This document shows positions 35,623 to 51,719 of a stretch of 64,000 nucleotides of DNA, in pieces. Source of the DNA: the human T2T-CHM13v2.0 reference genome, Homo sapiens. Numbering within the stretch: the stretch's first letter is position 1; each line of letters begins with the position of its first letter. The stretch lies in assembly GCF_009914755.1 (NCBI RefSeq), contig NC_060925.1, one strand, 5' to 3'. A program made the position numbers and the translations under genes. A model generated the notes under the pieces. That model had not been told where the DNA came from. It did not search any database and worked only from the letters and a program-made list of their open reading frames with translations.

Positions 35623-36759
35623 TGTATATGTCAGTAGTTTATTTTAGATTTGTTTACATGCACAGTCATGTCATCTCCAAATAATGACTATTTAGTTTAT
35701 TTATTTCTAACCCTTGACTGTTTTTAATTTTCTTATTTTATTACACTGACTAGAATCTCGGCTACAATGCTGCATTAAAAGCATGATAATAGACATCTTT
35801 TACCTAATGGGAAATATTTCAATATTTCACAATAACTTCTGATGTCTGGCAGATACTCTTAATAAGGAAAGTTTATATTCTTATTTTGCTTAAAAGTTTT
35901 ATCTTATGAATTTTTGTTAACTTGTTTTGAATATTTTCCCATATATATTAAAATGATTGTTATATTTTTTCCTTTATTAATTAAGTGAATTATAATGATT
36001 GATTTTTGAATGATAACTAAGGTTGAATTTCTGCAGAAAAACTACTTGGATTTTGATATACTGTATTTTTTACTAATATTACTGGTTTCATTTTATTAAT
36101 ATTTTGTTTAGGATTTTGGCATCCATGTTCATGAGAGACATTGATCTAGAATTTTCCTTTGTTGAAATGTCCTTTTCGAGTTTTACTATGAAGTTTTTTC
36201 CACTTTCATAAAAGATGTTATTAATGTGAAGTGAGCCTCTTTTTTATTATTTGGATGAATGTTTGCCAAATTAGTGTTAATTGTTAACTAAAAGTCTAGA
36301 ATAATTTACCAATGGAGCCCTTTGGGCCTTAGGTTTCTCTATAGAAAGACTTTCCAAACTGAGTTCACTTTTTTTGGTAGGATTTTTTTTGACGTAGCAT
36401 ATTTTTGGATATTCTTTGATGTGGCCTTTTTCAGACCTTCTATTTCTTCTTGTTTTGGTTTTAGGAAGTTGAGCCTTTGTATTTGTTCATTTTATATAAA
36501 CTTCAAGGTCATGGGCAATATTTACTTACATATTTTCTTATTTCCACATTATTTGGTTTTAATTTTCTGTTATTTTTCAAATGTTTTTAGATGAACTTCT
36601 ATATTTCTGATTCTGAGCCTTTCTTATTTTTAATATATGCTTTTAATGCTGTAAACTATTCTCTAGGTGTTTTATACCTGAATCCAGTGGTTTCACAGGT
36701 ATATTCGTTTCCCTTCTGTACTGTAAATCTTTGTGTCTTTGTATGTTCCAATCTTTATA

Positions 36760-37098
36760 TGGTCATCCTTCTCTATCTGTGGGGGAATTGGTTCTATGAT
36801 GCCCCATAGAACCCAACATTTATAGACACTCAGGTCCCTTATATAGAAAAATGTAGTATTTAATATTTGCGTATAATCTATATACATCCTCCAATATACT
36901 TTAAATCAGCTCTAGATAACTTATAATACTTAACATCAACGCTATGTAAATCACGGTTATCCTGTATTGTTTAGGATTAATGACAAGCAAAAGGTGTACA
37001 TGTGTAGTATATGCACAAGCATCCTTTGGTGGGAATATTTCTGACCTGTAGTTGGTTGAATGCACAGATGTGGAACCCACATATACAGAAGGTGATGG
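36760..37098. mobile_element. MER2 (TcMar-Tigger) element
   Basis: ggtcatccttctctatctgtgggggaattggttc ... gatgtggaacccacatatacaga. Confidence 0.75.
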
Positions 37099-38133
37099 TA
37101 TTTTCTGTTGACCCACCTTTCACATTGATAATCTCTGTGACAGGCACTAACATGTAGCAGTAAGACTTCCTAATAAAAAAAATTACATGCCTAATTAAAA
37201 TGTATGTGTTTTCAAGCCCTTAAATTAATTAAATGTATTTGTATGAAATGGCTGTAAGTCATAAATTTGTATCAATACTTTCCTATGAGTTATACTTTAA
37301 TGTTGTCATGATCAAAATAAAAGTCTAAATCTGTGAAACCTTAACATTTTATTAAAATGTATGTAACAGTGCTCAAGCCATATAATCAATATAAAGAAAT
37401 GCCACATATTTTTATAAGTTTATTTTTATTAAAAAATAAAATATACAAGCAAGTATGATGTAGTACTTTACAGTGAACCCAGAATACTTCTGCAAATTAT
37501 GTTTCCACTACCATTCTCACAGAGTTTTTTAAAATTCACTTCATTGCTTCAGTATTGCAGTTGCTGATACAATTGCGCACACATTGACTTAACTGAGCAT
37601 TTGGGATGATGGGTAAAATCCATTTCAAATGCAGGTGCAATTTTATGACTCAAAGACTTAACTAAAGGCTCTAAAAGTATTGTTCACAGAACATGACTTG
37701 ATTTTACAATCTTTGCAGACAGTTCTTTCAATATAATCAACAATGGTTTTGTGTGTGAACAGGATGCATGATCAGCAAAGTTTTTAAGCAATGTAATGAC
37801 GTTTTTTGAGAATAATTTGTTGAAGTCATAGCTTTGGCTTTTTCCATTCCTTTGCCCGAAATATACAGGAGGAGAATTTAATGTATATAAACTCATTCGG
37901 TTTATATTGGTTTATATTTTGTTTTTAAAATTTGCTTTTAGATCTTTTAGCTGGACACATTTTTACTTTTTTAGGTTATTTGTGTATTATGTTTACAATA
38001 TGATATAAACTGGGAAGACAAAATAACTGCTCCTTGAGAACCTACAAATCTATACACAAATATTTCATACATGTAAGACATAAAAAAGAAGTAAAACATA
38101 TTGAACCAAAAATCATACAATTCTTCGTATTAG

Positions 38134-38796
<663 letters not shown>

Positions 38797-39228
38797 GTGG
38801 AATTCTTAAATATTAATGTTAATAACTTATTTGAAATGTAACTTTATTGTTTTAACATATCATTTTCAAAATTTACATAGAGAAGTACACTGGCATGCAT
38901 GACACAAAATTCTATATAATCTTTCAGATTGTAGTTTGCTTTTATATACTGTAATTTTGATTTTTGTTCTATTTTTATCAATCAAGTTTTTTTATATTTA
39001 TATAGTGCATAGAAGTCCTTGTATGATATATAATATTTAATCATACTTAATATAGTTGTTAAATACCTTTCTAGTACAGTTACCACCATAGAATAGACAG
39101 GTTCATTTAGATTTTTTAATTTTATTTCATTTTATTTTGTTTTGTTTTGTTTCCCCCCAGAAAAAAATAATTGAGTCTTAGAAAACCATTGAATTTATGT
39201 TGAATAAAATGATACTCACTGGATTGAA

Positions 39229-39325
39229 GTATACATATGTATATATATATATAGTCTATATATATATATATATTCTATATATATATATAACTATATATAC
39301 ATATATGTATGTATATGTATATATA
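39229..39325. repeat. (TA)n/(TATG)n low-complexity tract
   Basis: Visible dinucleotide/tetranucleotide repeat next to an Alu tail. Confidence 0.9.
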
Positions 39326-39326
39326 G

Positions 39327-39628
<302 letters not shown>

Positions 39629-39702
39629 CAAGTATGTTTCAATTTATAATTAGTTTTGATATTTTCATGTGGCCATTACCATGTGCTTATATGGAAAGAT
39701 AC

Positions 39703-40035
39703 TGTCTTAGTTTATTTTTAGTGCTATAACAAAATACCTGAAGCTGGCCAATTTATAAAGAACGAAAATATATCTTCTAACTGTTCTGGAGGGTGGCAAC
39801 TCCAAGATCAGGCACTGGTATGCAGTGACTGGTGAGGACCTTCTTGCTGCATCCTCACATGGCAGAAGGTAGAAAGGCAAAATTAGTTCCCTCCAGCCCC
39901 TTTATAATGTTGCCAATCCCATTTATGAGGGCTTTACTCTCATAACTTAATCACCTTCTAATGTCCCCACCTTTTAATATTATTGTATTAAGGATTAAAT
40001 TTCAACATGAATTTAGGAGAGGACAAACCACAGTA
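39703..40035 (-). mobile_element. MSTC/MLT1A-like MaLR solo LTR
   Basis: tgtcttagtt ... aaaccacagta termini; TSD GATAC/GGTAC. Confidence 0.75.
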
Positions 40036-40370
40036 GGTACTGTGTGAAATCAAGACTCAGTATGTGAATTTGGCTACTTTCATTGTCCATTTAAGTCAGA
40101 ATGTCTGTGAGGCCAGAGGAGAGAGAGGCAGGAAGGCTCTGAAAATCTTAAGTGGCATCTTAACTCACTGTGAATGAAACTTAAAACCTGATCAGTGGTA
40201 TTTTCTATATCAGGAGAGAATTTTCCTGTATTTGAAATTTAAGAGGAAGGATATTAAGTAGAAGGTAGAAGAATACTTAAGTACCACAGCAGTGTACTTT
40301 GCAGTGGGACAGAGATGGTTCATGAGGTTTCACTGTAATTTGAATAATAACTATAGTAACAACTGACATT

Positions 40371-40506
40371 TCTTTTTTTTTTTTTTTTCAGAGACAGGGT
40401 CTCGCTACTTTGCCCAGGCAGGTCTGGAACTCCTGGGCTCAAGTGATCCTCTTGCCTCAGCCTCCAAAATTTCTGGGATTACAAGCATAAGCCACCACAC
40501 CTGGCC
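40371..40506 (-). mobile_element. FLAM (free left Alu monomer) within a MIR-like region
   Basis: Single Alu monomer with a T-tail. Confidence 0.8.
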
Positions 40507-42989
40507 ATGCTTCTTAAATTCTATTAAAACTGGCACTTTTTTTTTGGCACTTTACACATAGTAATTGGTTTAGTAACTAAAAAGCTCATGGAATAAAAGC
40601 TATTAATATCCCCGTTTAATAAATGATCAAAGTAGAACACATGGTAGTTGAATGACTTGCGTCATGTAAGTTATTACCTGCAAATCTAGTAGTACCTGGA
40701 TGATAGGTATGTACCTCAAGACTATGGACCTCTTTTGCTAGCAGAATTTATGATCTTATTCCTTCCTATCCTTTTCCTCTGATCCCTATACTCATAGCTG
40801 AAATGCCTTGAAAAAAAGGTCTTCTAGACTAGACTCAACCTCCAATCTCCATGACTTTGAATCTCTAGTCTCATCTAGTTTCCCAGATGCCTTCTTTTCC
40901 TGTTTGCTTTGTACATGGTTGCTTCCTCAGCCTAGTGATGTTTTTTTGTTAGACAGTCTATTCTTTACTGTTAATTCAACCACAAGACTCATGAAGTAGC
41001 TCAGCTTCATGAATCACCTCCCTGTTATCCACGTTGGACAGAGAATGAAGATAAGCCAAAAACAGGAAAGAAAAAGAAAGATGACTTTTTTGAACTAGAT
41101 ACCTTGATAAGATAATTTTTAAAAAAAATTAGAAAGAACTGGGTATGAATAAATTGGAAGTATAGGAGAAAACATTCAGAGATTTTCATATTTGGAATTT
41201 AAGATTCCAGAACAGGAATAATTCTGGGTGACAGTATAATCCAGAACATAAAGAGCTAATATTAGCTACTGTTTGGATTTTGAAGAAGCCAGTTGGACTA
41301 GATACTAAATTATTTTAAAATAGGGACAATTCACCCAATGGTTGGTAGTAGCAATGAGAGGGAAAAATGATGTATCCAGCTGGTATAGCACTCAAAGGGG
41401 AGATCTCTTGTTTTGTTTTGTTGTTGTATGTATGTTTGTATACATTTGCCAAAAAATATCAAACTGGGAGATATTTAGTTCAAAATACTGTCTGGCTCAT
41501 AACCCTCAGATTCTGCTAACTAAAATATCCATGAACCATCTTGCTCTTAAAATTTGTGTCACTCACCCAGGGCGGGAATGCAAATTAAGGACCACATATC
41601 ACAGGTCTAAATATTTAAACATCATTATCTGGCCTCTGCAGCGTGTTTCCTGGGAACTTTTTTGTTACCTGGAAGCTAAGGGAAATGTGTTCTTTCCAGG
41701 CAAGCCTTGCCCTTGGTATCCTGATTTGGACACAGGTCTGCTGAACAGGCAGAAAGTTCACCGGCCAAGCTCCCGTGGGACCAGATCAGATTCCCCTAGT
41801 CCCCTCAACCTCACTTCATATTTCTGGCTCTAGATAGTCCAGACTATTCTAAATGCCTCCCAAAACACAGAGCAGAGAGTAGGGCAGAGGAAGGACTATT
41901 ATCTCGTGGCCCAGTGTGCCTAGTTTTCCACGTTGGTTGATTTGGGGAAGTATATTTTGAAAGAAGGACAAAGGTCACTTTTTCTCCTTGGTTTCCTTCT
42001 GCACAATACTCAGGTACTCTTAACCCCACTTATTCTGGCCTGGTGGTAGGGAGCAGAGGGAGGGGGAGAGAGGAGCCAGTTCAGTTAAAAAATCTCTCTT
42101 CATAATTTCCATAAACTCAATCCATACCTAAATTTTCAAAAATCATTTTTATTACATTGAAAAGAGACTTGTAGCAGAAAATCCTATTGCCTTGACTTAA
42201 GGCAATATTATCTGTGAAGACCAAAAACACAATAAACACTCATGGCAATATCTAAACCACAACTAACAGATACAGCAGCGTGAATCAGAATACCTGGATC
42301 GCCTCAGATTTGTCTGCTAGAATAATAGCTAAATATGAAATGATACTAAAGAAAATCTGGTGAGTTTTATGAAAAAACTATATAGACTCAATAATTTTAT
42401 ATTCATCCGAACTGTCTGTTATAAATATAAATGCAAGAAATATTCTATTCATGTGAATTTCTATGAAAAATTAGAAGACACACTTCTACCAGCTGACAGA
42501 TTAAGTTAAAAAATGAGTATACCTCACTAATAACAGACTAGTGACGAAGTAAAAATCAGTTAAAATAAAATATCCACATATTTACTGTGGAATTGTTTAT
42601 AAAAATCCTAACGTAATAATTCCTATTTCAAACTTCAAATTTTAACTACCAGCAATATTTAACAAATTGGGAGGTTAAAGGAGTGCAGAAGGTAGGAAGT
42701 ATCTTAAAAGAGACCCAGCACTTCAATTTTAATTTGCCCCATCATATCCAGAAAGAAAAGTTTCGGAATAATGTTTTGGAATGCATAAACTTAAGGTTTT
42801 GTCAATGTAAAACCTGAGGCAGTGTTCCAGTTAAAAAATGGCAATATCCTACTACTTTCATTTATTTCTAAAACCTTGAGTTTAAAACTACTGACTAGGC
42901 CGACAAAAATCAATCAAAAACAAAACCATAATTATTCAAAAACAAGAATGAAAAGAGCAGCAGTAATTTTTGGAAAAATATGTTTACTA

Positions 42990-43222
<233 letters not shown>

Positions 43223-43433
43223 TCACTGAATTCTCAGAACTTGGCAGCAACAGTTGCCTCGAGACATGAGAGTGAAGGAGACATGGATTAAAGTAAGGGG
43301 AGTTGTTTTAAAACTCTTTGAAAACTAAGTTCCTTATTATCCTCCTAATATGGGGATTCTTGGCCAAAGACCCAGGTAAGTCATCCTGCAGTTAATTTCA
43401 ATGACCTGATAACATGCTCAAAACTAACAATCA

Positions 43434-43735
<302 letters not shown>

Positions 43736-44338
43736 AAAACTAACAACCAGCTTTTTAAAAATAGTAAATAAGTAAGTAAATATAGGCAGGAAACTCATTT
43801 TGAGAAAAATCTCATATATATATATAAACATATATGTATATACACTAACGTAAATGAATAAGTAAAAGCAACTTTGAGAAAACAGAAGTTCTGTAGAAAA
43901 AGAAAACTTCAAAATATGTGTAATACCTTCAAGGATATAAGTAAATATATTGTATTATTTACAAAAGGACAGAATGTAATGGGATGAAATATTCAGAGAA
44001 TGAAAAGCCACTCTTGGAAATTTAAAGAAGGAAGCAGAAATGAAAAGCTCAGAATGTTTGAAAAGTAAATTTGAGGGAAGCTTCCAGAAAGTAAAGCAAA
44101 GCAACAAAGAGAAGCAAATATGGAGAGAAAAGAAAGTTAGAAAGGTGGTCAGAGAGTTCCAATCTCCAAATCAATAGGAGGAATTCTATAAAGACTTTAA
44201 AAAGAAAACAGAGTTGAGATGAGCATCAAGGAAATATTTTAATAAAATTGTGCAAAACTGAAAATACGAGTTCCTAGGCGGAGAAGGCACCATATATGTC
44301 TGGCACAATGGATGAAAGTATAAGCTACTGAGTCAAAT

Positions 44339-44838
44339 TGAGATAGAAAACCGGCAGAAGTTATTTGGTGGGCTGAAGGAAAGAAACCAGTAGGACCAGC
44401 TGATGGGAATAAAGCGCTCCCTAGCTGCCCTCATTGCTCATTAGTATAAGAGACTTCCACCAGCACCATGACAGTTTACAAATGCTATGGGCAATGACCT
44501 GGAAGCTACCACCCTCCTCCATGGTAATGACCCAGGAGTTACTGCCCTTTCCTAGAAAGTTCTATATACCGCCCCCTTTAGTTTGCATTAACCCACTCCT
44601 CAATTTGCATGTAATTGAAAGTGGGTATAAGAGAGTATAAATAGGGTTGCCAACACCAGAGTGAGTGTTGCTCACTCTGGGCTGGCTATGAGTTAATCCT
44701 GCTCTGCAAAAAGCAGTACCATTCAACAAAAGATTACTGTCCAATGCTACCAGCTTGCTGTTGAAGTCTTTACTGGGTGAAGCCAAGAACTATTCCGAGC
44801 TAAGCCCCAGTTTTTTGAGGCTCACCTGTCCTGCATCA
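44339..44838 (+). mobile_element. MER41-family (ERV1) solo LTR
   Basis: TGAGATAGAAAACC start; ctcattagtataagagacttccaccagcaccatgacagtttacaaatgc core; ends gctaagcccc...ctgtcctgcatca. Confidence 0.75.
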
Positions 44839-45033
44839 TCTTCACACTAGGTATGCATTGTTAGATTGAAAGTTTTTTTTCAGAATTTGGAAAATTCTTG
44901 CTCCTGTGTTTTCTATATTCCATTATAGTGGCTGAAAAAAAATCTGAAGTCTGCACATGCGACTTTGGTTTTCAATTTAGAAGCATGTAGAGTCTCCTCT
45001 GTCCACATCATGCTGAATTTTTTCCCAAAATTA

Positions 45034-45518
45034 TGATGCAGGACAGGCAAGCCCCAAAATTGGAGCTTAATCCGGAAGAGTTGTTGACTTTGCCCTGGAG
45101 ATAATTCAAGGGTGAGCCAGTGGTGTTAGACAGAAATCTTATTATTGAATAGTACTGTTTCTTGCAGACCAGGGCTAACTCATAGGCCTTGTACCCAGAA
45201 TTGGCAAGGTGTGGGCTGTTGGCAACTGTATTTATACTCATTTATACCCATTTTCAACTACATGCAAATTGTGGGGTGGGTTTTTTAGAACTTTCTATGA
45301 AAGGGGTGGTAACTTGCGGGTTGTTGCCATGGAAAGAGGCAGAGCTCCTGGGTCATTGCCATAGCATTTGTAGATTGTCATGGAGCTGGTGAGAGTGTCT
45401 TATGCTAATGAGGAATGAGGGCAGCAAGGGACCCCTTTCCTCACTGGCTGGTTCCTGCCGGTTTATTTATTTCTTCCCATCAGGACCAGGAAATAAGTCC
45501 TGCTGGTTTCCTGCCTCA
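45034..45518 (-). mobile_element. Second MER41-family solo LTR, opposite orientation
   Basis: Minus strand starts TGAGGCAGGAAACCAGCAGG and ends ...GCCTGTCCTGCATCA; alignable to 44339-44838. Confidence 0.75.
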
Positions 45519-46325
45519 AAGGTAGAAAAAAAGACATTTTCAGATTCCTCAAGAGGCAAACAATTTCGCGGTCATGCACCATTTCTTAGGTAATGATGAA
45601 AGATCTGACATAGGAGAGATGGTCAGGAAACTTCCAGGACAGTGGGGATGGAATACCTCAGGTTGACATCAAGCTTGTTAGGCAAACAGTACGGAGCTGA
45701 GCAGCGGGACTCAGAATCAGGATTATATTGCAATGCTCGTGTATGAATAGTATTTTATAGAATAATTATATAAACATGAATTGTTTAGTTAAAGTATAAA
45801 TAGACTGGAAAGATAGGAAAGGAAAAGCAGAGGAGATAGTGGGATCAAAGTAAGAATTCTCCTTTATCATAATAGGAACTCAATAGATACAATCTCAGAG
45901 AATTGAAATGCACGATAACAATGTATCAATATTATTTGAAAATATGGAGTATGAAAATGCCATAAGAAACGGTTAAAATAGTTAGAAGTGATTGCCTTGG
46001 AGTTGAGGATTGTGGAGGAATGGAGAGGGACAAGTTAATTTTTTGTTGTTTTTTTCATGGGCTTCTGGTGCTATTAGAAATTTTAAATTCTATAAATGTA
46101 CTGTTTTGGTAAAGTAAAATCTACCTTGAAAAGATTCATGTTTCAAAATCAGTATGGAACATAAAACTAAAACCAACCAAACAAACTATTATGAAACCGT
46201 TAAAAGGAAATAGAAAGCTAAAAAGAAAGCTTTTAGAAAGAACAAGCATATCAATTATAATAATCACTAGAGATAGGATAAAGATATTTTTAATTACCAC
46301 CCACCAACTTGGAAGCCTTCTTGGT

Positions 46326-46505
46326 AAGTTTTTTCTTTTCTTTTCTTTTCTTTTTAATTTTTAGGGACAGGACCTCTATATGTTGCTCAGGCTGGAGTGT
46401 GGCAGCTATTCACGGATGTGATTATAGTACACTACAGCCTCAACTCCTGGGCTCAAGCAAAGCTTCCCAAATCGGTGGGACTATAGGCACACGCCACTGT
46501 GCTGT
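46326..46505 (-). mobile_element. FAM (fossil Alu monomer)
   Basis: FAM-type gctattcacggatgtgattatagtacactacagcc segment and a T-rich tail. Confidence 0.7.
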
Positions 46506-47129
46506 TCAATAATAAGATTTCTGTCTAACACCACTGCGCCTGTTTCCTTGATAAATATTTATTATCTGTGTTTATTTATTTTATCCTGGGAGAACATACA
46601 AGATTTCGGGGTCAGAGAACAGACTGATTGTTTTATGTACAGCAATAACAGCACTGGCTCCCCACTCCCTATTTCTCCTTTGAAGCCGTGCTGTGAAGGT
46701 AGATGTCAGCCTGCACATGCAAAGGGGTCGCTGCATAAGACGAATCCTGAAATTGTGTAACTGGGAGTTTATATGAAGTGCCTCTCAGCAGCCCCGCCAA
46801 CCCTCCTCCCTCTAGAGAGGGGAAGAGAAGTCATCACTGTCTAATGTGAAGGAATTCTCTCTGGGAAGGGAGGAGACGGTCCCTAAATTGTTACAACCCT
46901 TTGAAATGTAAAGGAAGCCTCTGGATTGTTTCTCATTCTTTTAAATGTAAATAAATGGCAAATGGCTCTCAAGGCGATCAATTTTTAACTCTATCTGGAC
47001 TAATTCAGTATATCTAACTTCCTAAATGTGATTACTATTCAATTACTCTTTAACCCAGATTGCCAAAAATCGGTGTTTAGTAAACCCTGACCATGCAGAA
47101 ATATGAAAATATTGTTTCCCAACAATTAT

Positions 47130-47945
47130 TTTCCAAACTCCTTTGTTTTAGTCAATGGAACCAGTATTCCTACTGACCAGCCTGGATCTTTCTTTTTCAC
47201 ACATCATATCTAATTGATTCTCAAACCCTATCAACATTCTTTTCAAAATATATCCAGATTTCTACCACTTCTCACAATTTTCTCTGCTAACCCACCAGTT
47301 CAGCCTACCATTCCCTTCACCTGGATTAAGGTAAATCGCTGTTTAAATAGCCTGGCTGCTTCTCTTTTGCCCCCACTTTCCAGTTCTTTCTCCAGGTGGC
47401 AGCCCTAGTAATCCTTTAGTATGTCAATATATGCCATTCCTCTGCCTTGGGACTTGTAACCTTACCCTGAGGAATTTCTCAAGTTCTTTCCCCATACTCT
47501 ACATGATTCTACATGGCCTTGAACTCTCCTACCTCTCTGACCTCTCCTATTGCTCTTCCTCTTATTTACTCTGTCCTTCTCATTCTGGCCTCACTGATGG
47601 TCAGCTGTGGAAACCCAGTAAGCATGCTACTACCTTCCTACTCTCTGGAACCTTTGCTATTCAGCAGATATTCAGGAGGCTCGCTGACTTGCTTCCTCTA
47701 AGGCTTGCTCAAATGCCCTCTAGTCTGACATGCACACCTTTTCTCTACATGTCTTTGTATCTTTCTAGCACTTATCAATATCCCAAATATTATAAATGTA
47801 TTTTTTTATTGTCAGCTTCTTCACAGTAGAACATAATGTCCATGAGAGCAAGGACTTTGTTTTATTCATGGCTGTATCCTCAGCATCTAGAACAACGGCT
47901 AGCACAGAAAAAGTATTGGTCTTGTAAAGCGAACAAATATTAAAA
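47130..47945 (+). mobile_element. L2 (L2a/b-like) 3' portion
   Basis: Typical L2 3' end (tccatgagagcaaggactttgttttattcatggctgtatcctcagcatctagaaca). Confidence 0.7.
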
Positions 47946-50415
47946 GTCAGAATTTGCAGACCAGAATAATAATGAACCCAACTGCAAACAGTTTTTAAAG
48001 TCAAATAACACAGATATGTGAGTAGTAAAAATAATGCGAGGGAAACCACGAAATGAAATGTATTTTAAATAAAAGTAGAAACTACAATACCTATATTATT
48101 AAAGATATAATTTCAAATAAAAATGATAAAGGGAAAGACTCTATGTATTAAAAATAAGTACAATTCTCAATTATGAAACATTCATGAATCAAGTATATAT
48201 AAAGCTAAAACTAAAAAATTCAATGAAAACTAAATTTTCACAAGAAATCATGGAGAGAGTGTATCATGGTTTTCTTGTCATCAGTTTCTCTCTTTATTCT
48301 GTTTCTAAGCAACTGATCTCATAAATATATACCATTAAGTGGAAATCTTCTCAGGTAAAATAATTTAGAGAAAATTCTGCTTGGAATTTTGAAAAATTTA
48401 CAGTTCTTACGTCATGTAGTCCAACAGCATCCCTGCTGCCTCTAGTGATAAATGTTGTGATAGGGGTTATGGAAAGTTTACTTATTAGAGAAATATGGCT
48501 TCTGCCTCTTTCCACTCTCCCTCTGGCCAGCCACTTTCTATGTCTTATTCAAATAAATTATATATATATATATATATATATGAATAAGCTTGTACATTGA
48601 ATTGCCCTTCTTGTATTTTATAATGAGTAAAAAATACTGGCTCTTCTCTCATTTGATTTTTTAGCTCACTTAGAATATAAATTGCATATTTTTCTTATGA
48701 ACTTGTTAATTCACCCTTTTTCTCTTGTTCTCATATATAAGTCATAAACCATTATTAGGCACCCTGTGCTTGGAATATTGTCCTTTATTTTCTCAAGGCT
48801 AATTTATAATTATATTTCCTTTCTAAAAGCCATCTTTCTTTTAAATCATCTACAACCACTCCTTATACTTTTTGTTATGTAATTTGATAGTATTTGATAT
48901 ATTGCTATCATTTTTTTTATAATAAAACCAAATTATAGCATGGCTATTGTTTCAGAAAAAAATTCTTATGAGATGAAATTGGACTAAAGCCTGTATTATA
49001 ATTAAGGACTTTAGGGTAAAAGGATTAGATATGCAATGAACAAGTTTAAATATGTGAAGAAAATCTCTAGCTTAAATAGGGAGATTTGGGAGCTTTCATT
49101 TTTGTTTTCTTTCTGATCACGTTATAAGTGACCTTCAGACCTACTTTTTTCATAACAAATTTCAGGGTTTTTTTTGTTTTTTTTTTGTTTTTTACAAATG
49201 TTGTTGTAACACCTTTGAGTTAAAAGTTCTTTAAAAATTCAAAGTGTTCTTAAAATACAATTCCTGATATGGGTACATAGAACAAAATGCAAATATAGAC
49301 CCAAATAACCACTTTGCTAATGAACTGTGATGTCACACTGCAAAGAGCGTAGACCATTAAATAAATCAAGCACAGCAGACCTTAAGAAAGAATTTAGCAA
49401 TTCCAAATTTCCAATTTCATGCTAAGCACCAATTTTTCTTAAGCCGTTGTTAGCTAACATGTAAGAAGGAAAGGATATACTTTAACTCACTACAAATATT
49501 GATTATCTGCTACTTCTATTAATTTCCGACTTCCTATATTATTTCAGCATTTCCGCTTGGTTCTCCTCACCTCTATCCCTCTGCATCTTTCTTAATACAA
49601 ATATCCATACTACCAATCTATCTGACCTCTCTTTCTTGTGTTATTTTGTCTTCCTTTACAGTCAAACTATCAATAGCAATGAGTTTTATTTTGTACACTA
49701 ATAATTGCCTTTGGTAAACTCCCTGTACCACTTACTAAGTCAAGAAAGATTCTAGGGTTTGTTTGGGCTTCCTATGAAAGGAAACCATGATCAGTTAGTG
49801 ATTATTGCTTCAGGCAAGGCGTTGGAATAAATTAATTTTCATGACAGATAAATCCTTGCTATGTACTTCTGCCTCTCCTGACATATTTAATAAATGAGTA
49901 TTGCTACATACTGAAAATAATTCTCTTCTACCTCTTCATTCTGATATTCCCTTAGTACCCACTTCCTCAGATGTCCCCGCATCTTTGGATCCCTTTGTTC
50001 CCCAGAACACAACCATTATTGTAACAATAACTCCCACTTTGTCCACTCCATTACCTCAAGAATTCCTACTCATCTTCTTCTCTATAGGCAGTGGCACCAA
50101 TGCCACCACCACCCTGAGCAGAACAAGCTCCCTATAATATCCTATCATATATGCGCCATACCAATTGTGCACTCCGTTTTATGGCTCTCCATTGCTGATG
50201 CTGTAGAACTTACTGCACTTACTGGAATATAGATGCTCAGTCATACTGATCTTGCCATCCACATGTTCACCTGGCAGCTGCTTGCTTATTTTCATGTTTA
50301 TCATTTGTTCATTTTTAGAATGATACTCTAGTTGTAAGAGCTTTGCAGATCTCAGCTCTCCTTCTTCATCCTTTTCTCTTTCCACTTTCTCCCTCAGATA
50401 CTTTATCTATTCTAC

Positions 50416-50714
<299 letters not shown>

Positions 50715-51329
50715 CCTACTGTCTTATAATCACCTCTATAGTGTTGACTGCCAATCCAATCTACAGAATCTGTCTGTCATAATAAATCAGAATTCCCTGG
50801 AACACTACTTATGTTATTTGTGATCAGGCCCCAGTGTAGATGAGTCACATTTTCACACCACACATTTTACAATTAAACACCCTCTCAACCTCTGCGACCC
50901 CTACCCCATACATATTCATAGTCATATTCTAAACTGCAGCCCTAATTATGTGGTAGTCCCTTAAAATCCTGCATACATAATTATTCCTTTTATTCTGAAC
51001 ACAGACAGACCTGAACTTCTATTTTCATCTACTCTGACCTCTGAAACATTTGGTTTCTTTGAACATTCAGTCTCTGTTTCCCTAAAATTCTTTTTGGATT
51101 CTACCATCTCTGGCTTGTCTCTTATTTCCCCAGTTGCTCTATCAATAATCTTTTGAATACTGCAGATCTCTAGATTTCAGGCATCAGCTTCAGCTCCCCT
51201 GTCTTTTTACCTCCATGGCCAGAGCCAGAGGATAGTGTAAGAGGGAATAGGCCTGGCCTCAGAGTGCTTGGGAGGAGATGAAATCTACTGTTACCTACCT
51301 GCCACCAAGCCTGCTCATTTCTGATTTCA

Positions 51330-51719
<390 letters not shown>

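Noticed and set aside
43371-43381. Perfect donor CAG|GTAAGT (similar sites at about 46324, 57764 and 59035)
   Set aside because: No good upstream acceptor; isolated donors are expected by chance in 64 kb.
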